From positions 19,869 through 83,868 of the IMG/VR virus record IMGVR_UViG_3300013102_000006: DNA of 64,000 nucleotides, one strand, 5' to 3'. Position 1 is the stretch's first letter. Each line of letters starts with the position of its first letter. The position numbers were made by a program, and so were the translations under genes. Positions 37,610 through 46,331 of the stretch are shown here, in pieces. This DNA comes from a virus (Duplodnaviria; Heunggongvirae; Uroviricota; Caudoviricetes). A model generated the notes under the pieces. It saw nothing but the letters and a program-made list of their open reading frames with translations, was not told where the DNA came from and ran no database searches.

Positions 37610-38653
37610 TTAGTCTCCTAGGACTTCTTTATATTTATTAACTAGCGATTCTCTACTGAAGTTATCATCAGCTATCTTACCTGCGGCGAATTTTTCAACA
37701 AGCAAATCGCTATCTGACATTTCACATATCTCATCTATCTTGTCTGCAATAGCTTGTGCATCAGCCTCATATATGTCAATCATAGTACGAGTCATAAAAT
37801 CGCCTATTTTATGTGCTGGTATCAGCCACTTGCTAGGAAGTAGATCGCGATTCGGTTCAATGTCAGTCATAATGACTGGAAGACCAGCGGCAAGTGACTC
37901 ATTCATGGGCAGACATAGGCCACCATATCGGCGAGGCATAATCACAGCATCAAAATCATAGTACAAAGCTTCGTTATTCTCTGGATTGCCATTATCATAT
38001 ACAATCCTAGGGTCCATCAATGTCTCGTCTGGAGCACCTTGGCTCTTTATTACAATCTCGAAGTCTGAATTAGTGAGCTGTATGGCCTTTAGGAGCGTCT
38101 CTGTGCCATTTCTATCGTGGATAGCCTTAGCGCCCTGAATATGTAGGAAACGTCGCTTAGAAGCCCTCTGAGCATTCCTGAGACGTGCTTCCTTGAATCG
38201 TTCTGTGTCAATTGGCGGCCTAAGAATAACTGGCTTAACTTTTAACACATTCTCTACTTCTTCTACACCCCATGATGAAGGAGATATAAGCTTGGTGGGC
38301 ATGGGTAGCCTCTTATCGTGAAGATAATCAAGGAACTCGTAGTTATATTGTATGAATGTCTTAATACCACGATGCTTTGCTGCTGCTATTATCTCATACC
38401 CATATGGTATCTCGCAAGTTAGTAGGGTGTCTATACCAGCTAATAGCCAGTTCTTCTCCCTTGAACTAGGGAACCCATGCGAAATCATTTGTACTGGAAA
38501 GTCTTTGTACCATTCTGGGAATTGTTCATTCTCATGCTTGAATGGGCGTGAATCAATAATAAGTATTTTACTAGGCTTAAGCATCTCAGCCAGTTCCCGA
38601 GTCTGGTTCCCGAGCCCTGTTTTATCCATACGTACAATCATTCCTAATATCAT
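37610..38653 (-). CDS. Glycosyltransferase, GT-B fold (group-1-like)
   Basis: 347 aa; the C-terminal half has a GT1-like pattern (E...AAG.P.I.T). Confidence 0.45.
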   Translation of the reverse strand: MILGMIVRMDKTGLGNQTRELAEMLKPSKILIIDSRPFKHENEQFPEWYKDFPVQMISHGFPSSREKNWLLAGIDTLLTCEIPYGYEIIAAAKHRGIKTFIQYNYEFLDYLHDKRLPMPTKLISPSSWGVEEVENVLKVKPVILRPPIDTERFKEARLRNAQRASKRRFLHIQGAKAIHDRNGTETLLKAIQLTNSDFEIVIKSQGAPDETLMDPRIVYDNGNPENNEALYYDFDAVIMPRRYGGLCLPMNESLAAGLPVIMTDIEPNRDLLPSKWLIPAHKIGDFMTRTMIDIYEADAQAIADKIDEICEMSDSDLLVEKFAAGKIADDNFSRESLVNKYKEVLGD

Positions 38654-40312
38654 TTAAAATACCTGTTTATTATCATATTTTTCTTCACCAGATCGTCCAT
38701 CTAGATGGTACGAGCGTGGTTTTTTATCATGGGGGATATATATGTACATCTTCCATTTATCCCAACTGCCATTTTGCCCATCATTTGCGATAGGATAGTA
38801 CACCTTATCTTCTATAAAGCATATCGATTTATCAGTGAAGTAATCATCGATTATTTTTCTATAGGTGTCAGATCTGACGATGTGAGGTTGCTGACTCCAC
38901 TGCGAGGTGGCTATATATTGTGCATTATCGGCCGCCAAATCGTGTTCATGGTGCATTAGATATTCATGCTCAACAGGAATAGTTTCCTTATTATAAAGAC
39001 GAACTATATTAGACTTACCGCTAGAAATAAGATTTGTTATGTTGTCCCACTCTATTTTTCTGTCTTCATATAAAGGTGAATCACCCTCGACATATATAAC
39101 GCTTTCAGTACGGACATACTTCAGCGCCTCGCGCATCATCTTTACTTGATGAGAATGAGTCATGAAGAACAAAGGTAGAACATTTTTGTATTCTGTATTT
39201 ATTTTCCATAACATCTTCTTGACAAACTCTTGATAGTCGTCAAACCTATCCTTTTGCTCGCTTCTTACGCCATCGAAGGTAATTATTATTTCTGATTCGG
39301 GTAGATGTTCTCTAACTGACTTAATTGTTGTTTCTAGAATGGACGTGTCTGGATGAGATTTCCATGGACTAACTGGTATAATGACCGTTATCTTGTCCTT
39401 GAGTGTATCTACATGAGCTGGCATATCTGCTAATGCACGTATATCGTCAGTAAGATTGTATATGTACTGTCGCTTTTGTTTCATCCACCAAGCAAACACA
39501 TTGTTTGAATGAAGATTGAATCGTTTCAACGATTTATCAATACTTCCAGCTATTTCTCTACCACTTATCGTAGGGAACGGTGCATCAGGAAATATCCTCT
39601 TCCAATATCCGTTTGAATCGTAATCAACAGCTGGAGATGTATCATCAGCTATAGGAATGCATCCGAATTCCAATGCCTCATATAATCTAAAGCTATCTGG
39701 AGAAACTATGCCTGAAGGACAAGGTACAACTTTCGCTGAAGCCATATGCTTGTAGTATTCTTCTGATGGCATCCCTTGAGTAAAACCTTTAGTCTCGAAT
39801 ATTTGTATACTCTTAGTAGGATTATCCTCGGCATACTTGTGGAGCCGCCTAAATATAGTATTGCGTCGCTTATGGGTGTTCTGACCGCTAATAAACACGT
39901 CTTCTGGCTTCGACAGATATTCTTGTTGGTATTGCTTTCTAAACTTCTTGGAAAAAGCATAGCCGACACCAAAGTACCGAGCATTCTTATACTCTACCTT
40001 AGCCCTTGGAGTCTGAATCCAGAATCTTATGTTAGGGTGGTCAATCTTCTCAATATCGAATAGATTCTCTTCATCAGACACTACGATGAGAAGCACCCAG
40101 CTGTATTTCTTCAGCTTGTCATTTATTTCCTGGGCATCATTGCTTGCCCCAGGAACAACGGCAACTACACCATCACCAGTTGCTTCCTGGAATGAATCAA
40201 CAATATTAAAATCCAATTTTCCAACTGGATTCCACATATCATCAAACATGTCTTGTAACATGAAGTGGTCTAATGGAATTGGTTTAAGCCATACAACATC
40301 AATCATCGTCAA
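38654..40312 (-). CDS. Two-domain glycosyltransferase
   Basis: 552 aa; the second half carries a GT2-like KITVIIPVSPWKSHPD...ITFDG. Confidence 0.45.
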   Translation of the reverse strand: MTMIDVVWLKPIPLDHFMLQDMFDDMWNPVGKLDFNIVDSFQEATGDGVVAVVPGASNDAQEINDKLKKYSWVLLIVVSDEENLFDIEKIDHPNIRFWIQTPRAKVEYKNARYFGVGYAFSKKFRKQYQQEYLSKPEDVFISGQNTHKRRNTIFRRLHKYAEDNPTKSIQIFETKGFTQGMPSEEYYKHMASAKVVPCPSGIVSPDSFRLYEALEFGCIPIADDTSPAVDYDSNGYWKRIFPDAPFPTISGREIAGSIDKSLKRFNLHSNNVFAWWMKQKRQYIYNLTDDIRALADMPAHVDTLKDKITVIIPVSPWKSHPDTSILETTIKSVREHLPESEIIITFDGVRSEQKDRFDDYQEFVKKMLWKINTEYKNVLPLFFMTHSHQVKMMREALKYVRTESVIYVEGDSPLYEDRKIEWDNITNLISSGKSNIVRLYNKETIPVEHEYLMHHEHDLAADNAQYIATSQWSQQPHIVRSDTYRKIIDDYFTDKSICFIEDKVYYPIANDGQNGSWDKWKMYIYIPHDKKPRSYHLDGRSGEEKYDNKQVF

Positions 40313-40468
40313 CTTCCATTTCTACAACGTCAGCATAAAAGTAAGGTCCTTCTCGCTGTGCAAGTGCAAGTTGCTCCTGATAATACGCGTCAGCTTTTTC
40401 TTCAGTACTGAATACTTTTTCTGGGTAATGATCTTCAATATCATTAGCAGTATAAACCCATACTTTCA

Positions 40469-41413
40469 TTATTTACTAACCACCGTATCTAGAATCTCTT
40501 GCCACCTCTGTGTATAGGTATGCTTAGATTTTGTAAGTTCTTGACCAGCAAGCCTTATTTTTTCGCGCTCATCATCGTGCTCGAGGTAATAGTCAATCTT
40601 TTCTCTCAAATCCTGCAGGTCGCCATGCTTATAGTACACAACGTGGACACCGTCAATATAATCTGGTGCGAACCCTTCAATCTTTGGGTATATAACAAAT
40701 GCTCCACGGCCAGTCGCTTCAAAGAACCTATCGCTCGAATAGTACGGATAATTGAACCCAATATTGAGTGTATCGCCAACTAATATCTTAGAGCTCGCAT
40801 ACAGGTCATTAAGGTCACTACCGCGTATTATTCCTCTACCATCTCCGCCCCAGTGCTCGAATCTGTCACCGTATGTATTATGAAGAAAATCAATGAGCTG
40901 TGGTCTAAATGGCCATTCTTGATGATATCCCTTGCTGCCAGTGAATATTACGTCTTTAGCTAAGTCATCTCTTTTTGTACCAAGATAGCATTCAGGGGCG
41001 TACACGCCAGCCATAAGGTAGTGCCCTTTAGTCTGAGTGTTCTCATTTAGCCAGTCAGCCATTAGCTTATCAACTGTAAAGAAATGCTCTACCTTGAAGT
41101 ATTCAGAGTTTTCGTATTCTTCCCATCGTTTAAGGCCCATGTACAAATCGAGGTGATAGCCAAGTGTCACGATACCCCTTCGTTTCATATCATTAAGAAC
41201 TCGAGTCATAGAGTAGGTGCCTCTATTCACAAATCCGTGGCTATGAATCCATATGAACACGTCGCATCTTCGCGAATGGAAGACTACTTGGTCTGTTCTA
41301 ACTGTATTCTCTTGAAGCCTGGTAACTGTATGTCCCATTGACTCAAGAGTCTTAGCATGATGGTTCTCGGAAGTATAATCAACCGAGAAATTTCCATACA
41401 TCAATATACGCAT
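40469..41413 (-). CDS. Glycosyltransferase (CgeB / GT1-like C-terminal domain)
   Basis: 314 aa; C-terminal YKHGDLQDLREKIDYYLEHDDEREKIRLAGQE is typical of CgeB-like GT-B enzymes. Confidence 0.45.
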   Translation of the reverse strand: MRILMYGNFSVDYTSENHHAKTLESMGHTVTRLQENTVRTDQVVFHSRRCDVFIWIHSHGFVNRGTYSMTRVLNDMKRRGIVTLGYHLDLYMGLKRWEEYENSEYFKVEHFFTVDKLMADWLNENTQTKGHYLMAGVYAPECYLGTKRDDLAKDVIFTGSKGYHQEWPFRPQLIDFLHNTYGDRFEHWGGDGRGIIRGSDLNDLYASSKILVGDTLNIGFNYPYYSSDRFFEATGRGAFVIYPKIEGFAPDYIDGVHVVYYKHGDLQDLREKIDYYLEHDDEREKIRLAGQELTKSKHTYTQRWQEILDTVVSK

Positions 41414-42853
41414 TTATAGCTCTATATCGTTAATTTTTTTGATAAGAGCTTTCTTATCAGTTTCGACCATCTTCATAATGTCGAAAGTCTTTTCTGACCA
41501 GCCAGCTAGAGTCGCAACTCTAGATTCAGGGAAGGCTAATTGCCCATATCCATTAATATCCCATGAGTAAATGAATGGATTTGCATCGTACTTCTTCTTG
41601 TATCGCTCTAAGTCAGCACCTGGATGATAGTACTCAGTCCATGTTTGCATGTCTGAGATGATTACAATTCGGTCATACGCCTTATCAGCTTCTTTGAATA
41701 CCGCATTAATATTTGTACCATGCCCAACGTATCCCTTGCCACCTGTCCAACTTTGGTTAAGGCTGTCTAGCCACTTCATAAGTGTAAGTGTAGAGTCATT
41801 CTTGTTGAATGAAAGATATTCAGCATCGTCACCGAAGTGCATAAGGTCAGCACCAGAGCTTCGTGCAAGAGCTAGGCCAAACATCGCTGCCTTACCAAAT
41901 GCAGACTTTGTGCCACTACCCATTGAACCTGAGTGGTCAATCACAACAAGTGTCTTTCCATCGAACCTAGGAACGTTTGAGAATGATATATCAAGAGCAT
42001 CCGATAAACCAGATAGCACCTTAGAACTTCTCGAGTTATTTTGTAGCTCGTCGTAAGCTGTAAGGAATCGGAATGGCAGCAGAAGTGACTTCTTAATTCG
42101 TGATTCTGTTGTAAGCAATTTAATCGCTGCATCTACTACTTCATCGTCTGTTTCTTCAATAATGTTTCGAAGGTTTCTGACAAGTGCCATGTAACCTATC
42201 TTTCCAGACTTAACAAGCTCACCCCATGCCTCAGCCTTACTGCTGCTATCACCAGATTGGCCAGCTTGCGAAATCTTTGCTTCAAATGTATCGGTATTAC
42301 GTAGCTCGTCTCTAACAAGCTTACCTAACTGCTCGGTGTGCTGTGGGTGCATAAGGTTAACGACGTCTACAAGCTTAACAGACTTACCCGATGCACGATA
42401 TTTAGCCAACTGATAAGCATCGAAGCGTGTAAGCGCTTTTGCGAATCCTTTACGCATTGCGTGACTTTGCTTACCGCCATTTTCCTTAACATATGAAAGA
42501 ATTTCAAGCATGTCGTCAGGTCGGTATGCGATGGAATCAAAGTACTCTTTTAGCCATTCTTCGCCTCTAACATTCATGGCAATCCATCCAGCAACAACGT
42601 GTGACACTGAACGCATACCGAATTCTGTTCGTGCGAATATTGATGCCTTAGCGGCGAATTGTGGATCTACCTTTGCTACAAGCTCTTCTATGCGCGTTTG
42701 GCGCTTTGCACCAGATTCATAGAACCTATCTTCAAGGAATGAAGTTAATAGCGCTGAGACTAATTCTAGTTCAGGCGTCATAGTAAATGCCTCGCCACCA
42801 GCAAGGTTAATTGTCTTGTTTTTTGTTGTCACTGATTTGTTGAATTTACTCAT
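41414..42853 (-). CDS. rsr: Ro60-like (TROVE domain) protein with C-terminal von Willebrand A domain (Rsr ortholog)
   Basis: 479 aa; N-terminus TKNKTINLAGGEAFTMTPELELVSALLTSFLEDRFYESG follows the Ro60/Rsr pattern N-x-(A/D)GG-x-A(F/W)...L..FL.(L/F)G(S/A)EGG(T)(Y/F)Y; C-terminal vWA MIDAS motif LVVIDHSGSMGSG. Confidence 0.6.
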   Translation of the reverse strand: MSKFNKSVTTKNKTINLAGGEAFTMTPELELVSALLTSFLEDRFYESGAKRQTRIEELVAKVDPQFAAKASIFARTEFGMRSVSHVVAGWIAMNVRGEEWLKEYFDSIAYRPDDMLEILSYVKENGGKQSHAMRKGFAKALTRFDAYQLAKYRASGKSVKLVDVVNLMHPQHTEQLGKLVRDELRNTDTFEAKISQAGQSGDSSSKAEAWGELVKSGKIGYMALVRNLRNIIEETDDEVVDAAIKLLTTESRIKKSLLLPFRFLTAYDELQNNSRSSKVLSGLSDALDISFSNVPRFDGKTLVVIDHSGSMGSGTKSAFGKAAMFGLALARSSGADLMHFGDDAEYLSFNKNDSTLTLMKWLDSLNQSWTGGKGYVGHGTNINAVFKEADKAYDRIVIISDMQTWTEYYHPGADLERYKKKYDANPFIYSWDINGYGQLAFPESRVATLAGWSEKTFDIMKMVETDKKALIKKINDIEL

Positions 42854-42889
42854 CAGGATATTCCCTTTTGTTTATACTTTTCTGGAATA

Positions 42890-43200
42890 AGCGGGGATAA
42901 ATTTGCGAGGGTGATTTTTCGTGCTCTACCACTAAGCTATCTCCCCAGATGGCGGGAAGAGGAGGAATCGAACCTCCGTCACGTCGTTAACAGCGAAGTA
43001 ACCCTCACGGTCGTCACCCGCTTATTTCAAAAAACTATCAAGATGGCTCAGGGAAAAAGCAAGCAGAGGTATAAACCCTTTCGGGTCTCGACTGGGATTG
43101 AACCAGCAACATTTTCTGATTAAGAGAAATGATCTACCATTGATCTACGAAGTAACTCTACTAATCGTCACCTAAGCCATCTATACTGTAAAGGTTCTAT
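42890..43200 (-). ncRNA. Candidate tRNA-like non-coding RNAs (Y-RNA/YrlA-like?) in the 5' region of rsr
   Basis: Three minus-strand tRNA-like modules (full descriptions in the finding for 41414-43200): 42890-42956, 42941-43030 and 43075-43175. Hexamer cgaagtaac repeated at 42994 and 43146. Confidence 0.3.
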
Positions 43201-43255
43201 AATCCATTATACTGCATATGGTTGCATCATGTCAACAATAATGACAAGTTTTATT

Positions 43256-43774
43256 TTACAAACTTAATAAATACTCTTCAAATGCTGGATTGCATAAGCA
43301 CGCCGCAGAACGTGACTTTCGAATTATATCAATCGCTTCTTTTGCCGTTTTACCATCAAGCATAAGAACTCGAGCAGCAATAAGACTAGATCTATTAAGA
43401 CCAGCCTGGCAATGGATAAATGTATTACCATCTTTCCAGCATTTATACGCCCATTGAGCAATTTCATCTATCTGGTCAAACTCTTGCCCAGTGCTATCAT
43501 ACATACGGACGTAGAGCTCGCTACGTACATTATGAGCAATCTTATAGCGCTCCCAAGGATATAAACTTACAACATGGTTGATAAAGTGGGGTAGCATTAG
43601 ACCGTCTTGGCACCCACCTTGATATAAACCAGGGACAATTTCGCTCATGAACGGCACATCAAAAGGTGTGTTTCCATGATATGCAATGCCAGACATTCGA
43701 ACAAGTGTCGGGTCTTTAGATGCCTTAACATTTGTCTGTAACGTTATTTTCGTAGGGTCATGGTCGGTACTCAC
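43256..43774 (-). CDS. Cys-X5-Arg phosphatase (dual-specificity / protein-tyrosine-phosphatase fold; possibly an RNA or polynucleotide phosphatase)
   Basis: 172 aa; active-site signature IHCQAGLNRSS (HCx5R). Confidence 0.55.
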   Translation of the reverse strand: MSTDHDPTKITLQTNVKASKDPTLVRMSGIAYHGNTPFDVPFMSEIVPGLYQGGCQDGLMLPHFINHVVSLYPWERYKIAHNVRSELYVRMYDSTGQEFDQIDEIAQWAYKCWKDGNTFIHCQAGLNRSSLIAARVLMLDGKTAKEAIDIIRKSRSAACLCNPAFEEYLLSL

Positions 43775-44102
43775 ACTCGACTCCTTCTAGATTAGGTTTT
43801 CTGGCGCTTTCGCCATATATCTCACACTGCGAACTAAGTGCTACCACTTCAGTTATACTGCTAAATCTTGGTGGCTCTGAGTTAAGTATAGTTTCCTTAA
43901 ACTCTTTGAATGGCTGTCTATTCTGCAGAGCATACACACTATACGATGAATATTGAAAATCGCCATTTGACACGACGATATTCTCATCTTTTATATAGAA
44001 TGTTACTCGTCCTCGTTTAATTACTATCATTCGCATAATCTTCCAAAAATACACGAATAGAATCATAATTAAAGCTACTATTATAGAATAGTTGCTGTAC
44101 AA
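43758..44102 (-). CDS. Hypothetical membrane-anchored protein
   Basis: 114 aa; N-terminal TM helix. Confidence 0.3.
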   Translation of the reverse strand: MYSNYSIIVALIMILFVYFWKIMRMIVIKRGRVTFYIKDENIVVSNGDFQYSSYSVYALQNRQPFKEFKETILNSEPPRFSSITEVVALSSQCEIYGESARKPNLEGVECEYRP

Positions 44103-44517
44103 CGAAGTCTCCGTCCTTCATAACGAATACTATAGCTTTTCGACTGGTACCGTTATATATAAGGCCAGTTCTCGATGGCAAAAGATAACTACTGAATATT
44201 TTGCTATTCTTTGGTTTTGTCCCACCGTTGTTATAATAATCCTGAATCTGATGAATCGTTTGGTTAGTAACATAAGTCACATTTGTTCCATCAAATCCAG
44301 AATCACCGACTTCTTTTATGTCGTTAACGGTCTGTACAAATAAAAGTATATTATCTTTACTTGTATCGTAATCTTCTTTGTTGAATCTATGAGATTCATT
44401 TGTTTCTATATCATATACGACAATATCGGTCGCTCTAAATGGTGGCGACTCAATAGCCTTCATATCTTGATAACTGTTTGGTTTCTTTTTAGCACATGCT
44501 GCACAAGCCATGTCCAC
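44017..44517 (-). CDS. Hypothetical protein
   Basis: 166 aa ORF; preceded by the promoter at 44533-44561. Confidence 0.3.
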   Translation of the reverse strand: MDMACAACAKKKPNSYQDMKAIESPPFRATDIVVYDIETNESHRFNKEDYDTSKDNILLFVQTVNDIKEVGDSGFDGTNVTYVTNQTIHQIQDYYNNGGTKPKNSKIFSSYLLPSRTGLIYNGTSRKAIVFVMKDGDFVVQQLFYNSSFNYDSIRVFLEDYANDSN

Positions 44518-44532
44518 CTCCTATTTGTTTTT

Positions 44533-44561
44533 ATTGTAAAGCATAAAGCTTATGGTGTCAA
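44533..44561 (-). promoter_or_regulatory. SigA-type promoter (minus strand): -35 TTGACA, 17-nt spacer, -10 TACAAT
   Basis: Plus-strand attgta 44533-38 and tgtcaa 44556-61; extended aactgTTGACA. Confidence 0.5.
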
Positions 44562-44774
44562 CAGTTCTGCTGTGTGAGTATAATCCTTCTTATAGGGATC
44601 ATACTGCTCAAGCATGTCGTGAAACACCTCAACCTTTTTCTTGCCGCTCTCCTCAACTTTATAGAGAAAGTCTATATAATCTGTTGCATGAATAGCGATG
44701 TGCTGATATTCTGCTTTGTCAGATTTATTCTTACGTGGTCGACCCACCTTAGATGGATTTGATTTAACTGTCAT
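44550..44774 (-). CDS. Hypothetical protein
   Basis: 74 aa ORF. Confidence 0.3.
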   Translation of the reverse strand: MTVKSNPSKVGRPRKNKSDKAEYQHIAIHATDYIDFLYKVEESGKKKVEVFHDMLEQYDPYKKDYTHTAELLTP

Positions 44775-44838
44775 AAATACTCCGTTTTAGATATTATCCA
44801 CCCTCATCGGAGCATTATAATTTAATTGTTAATTAAAA

Positions 44839-45072
44839 TCAAGACACGGTCTTCTTCTTTTTAGCTTTCATCTTCTTTTCGTCAAAAGTTCTTTGACTGG
44901 TAAGTTGGAGCCCATGCTTAGTTGAAAACTTCGATTTACACTTTGGGCATCGTTCGTGATGAACACCTCGAGTAAACTTAAACCATTCCTCATGAATGTC
45001 ACAATAACCGACAAGAGCATTTCTCTCTTCTGGTGTAGTGCTGTCCATCTCGTCAGTTGTAGGTACTGTCAT
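44839..45072 (-). CDS. Hypothetical zinc-ribbon protein
   Basis: 77 aa; CDIHEEW...CPKCKSKF. Confidence 0.3.
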   Translation of the reverse strand: MTVPTTDEMDSTTPEERNALVGYCDIHEEWFKFTRGVHHERCPKCKSKFSTKHGLQLTSQRTFDEKKMKAKKKKTVS

Positions 45073-46022
45073 TATTTTAGCAAATGTTTAGTTCTATCAT
45101 TTGAGAATTTAAGACGCTCGCAGATACCAATCAATAATTCCTTACGGACTACTTCATGTTTAGGATACTTCAACTGTCCCTTAGACTCAGTCTCAGTAAA
45201 TGGATAACCGATGTTATTGAATAATTTATTCCATCTATCGTCGAGCGTATCTCCGTCGCTGATACCGAATTCGAAATCTCCCTCTACCCATGCATCTTGC
45301 CATGCAAGCCATACTTCAGGAATCATGTACTTCATGACATCTGTGTTAACAAGAATTGCTATACCAGATAATGGGCTTTTACCCATAAGAAGCTTATCAA
45401 GTTCGGCAATCCATCGCTCCTTACTTACTCGAGTAATTTCACTTGCGTGCTGTCTCATTACTCCAATAAAGTTGGGGTCTACTTCAAAACCAAGTTGTGA
45501 TGCAAATCTTGCCGCACGTAGCATACGAAGAGGGTCTTCGATAATACGGTCTTTACCCATTCCTACTGCTTTAATCTTCTTAGCAAGAATATCTAAGCGG
45601 CCCCCATGTGGATCAAAGTATTCATCATCTTTCAGAACAATAGAATTTATAGTGAAGTCGCGTCGTGATAGATCAAGCATAAGGTCATCAGTGAAGTCTA
45701 CTTCTGGTTTTCTTGATTTACCATCGTACTTATCTGTTCGGTACGTGGTTACCTCGACATAGACATATTCTACATTACCAGAATCATCTAGAATAGGTAG
45801 CTTGAATCCTATCGTTCCAAATCTCTTACCGATTGAGTATGCTTTTCTGCCAGCATCTTGAATATTCTTCTCGATTTCATCGGGAGTTAGAGACGTACAG
45901 TAGTCCCAGTCTTTTGGTTCGCGCCCAAGAATAATGTCCCTTACTGAGCCACCTACAAGGTTAACTGGAGCATCACCAAAGATGTTCTTTATTTCGGTCT
46001 GTAGCTTTTTAGCTTTTTCCAT
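45072..46022 (-). CDS. tRNA nucleotidyltransferase (CCA-adding enzyme / poly(A) polymerase head domain)
   Basis: 316 aa; NLVGGSVRDIILGREPKDWDY is the GG(S/A)VRD...D.D signature of class-II CCA/poly(A) nucleotidyltransferases; no C-terminal HD domain. Confidence 0.7.
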   Translation of the reverse strand: MEKAKKLQTEIKNIFGDAPVNLVGGSVRDIILGREPKDWDYCTSLTPDEIEKNIQDAGRKAYSIGKRFGTIGFKLPILDDSGNVEYVYVEVTTYRTDKYDGKSRKPEVDFTDDLMLDLSRRDFTINSIVLKDDEYFDPHGGRLDILAKKIKAVGMGKDRIIEDPLRMLRAARFASQLGFEVDPNFIGVMRQHASEITRVSKERWIAELDKLLMGKSPLSGIAILVNTDVMKYMIPEVWLAWQDAWVEGDFEFGISDGDTLDDRWNKLFNNIGYPFTETESKGQLKYPKHEVVRKELLIGICERLKFSNDRTKHLLK

Positions 46023-46064
46023 ATCTTTATAATAAACCGATTATGTTTAGTTTGCAATGATAAT

Positions 46065-46331
46065 TTATATTACCGACTTGTCGTCATGTGGAAAAACTAG
46101 CTTGCTCTTTTTGTCACCAGATTCCTCTAGTTCCTTAACAGCATGAGCCATCTCTTTTGTCATTTGGCGTGCAACAGCGCGTAAACGAGCTGTAGGGCCA
46201 TGTTTAGGCAGACTTTCTCCAAGTTCACTTGCAAAACTCTGCAGTAGCGATAGCTCATTTACATTCATGCACATCAATGCTACTTTTCTACCATGTCCCT
46301 GATTTGATTCTTCAATATTTAAAAGTCTCAT
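46065..46331 (-). CDS. Hypothetical protein
   Basis: 88 aa ORF. Confidence 0.3.
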   Translation of the reverse strand: MRLLNIEESNQGHGRKVALMCMNVNELSLLQSFASELGESLPKHGPTARLRAVARQMTKEMAHAVKELEESGDKKSKLVFPHDDKSVI

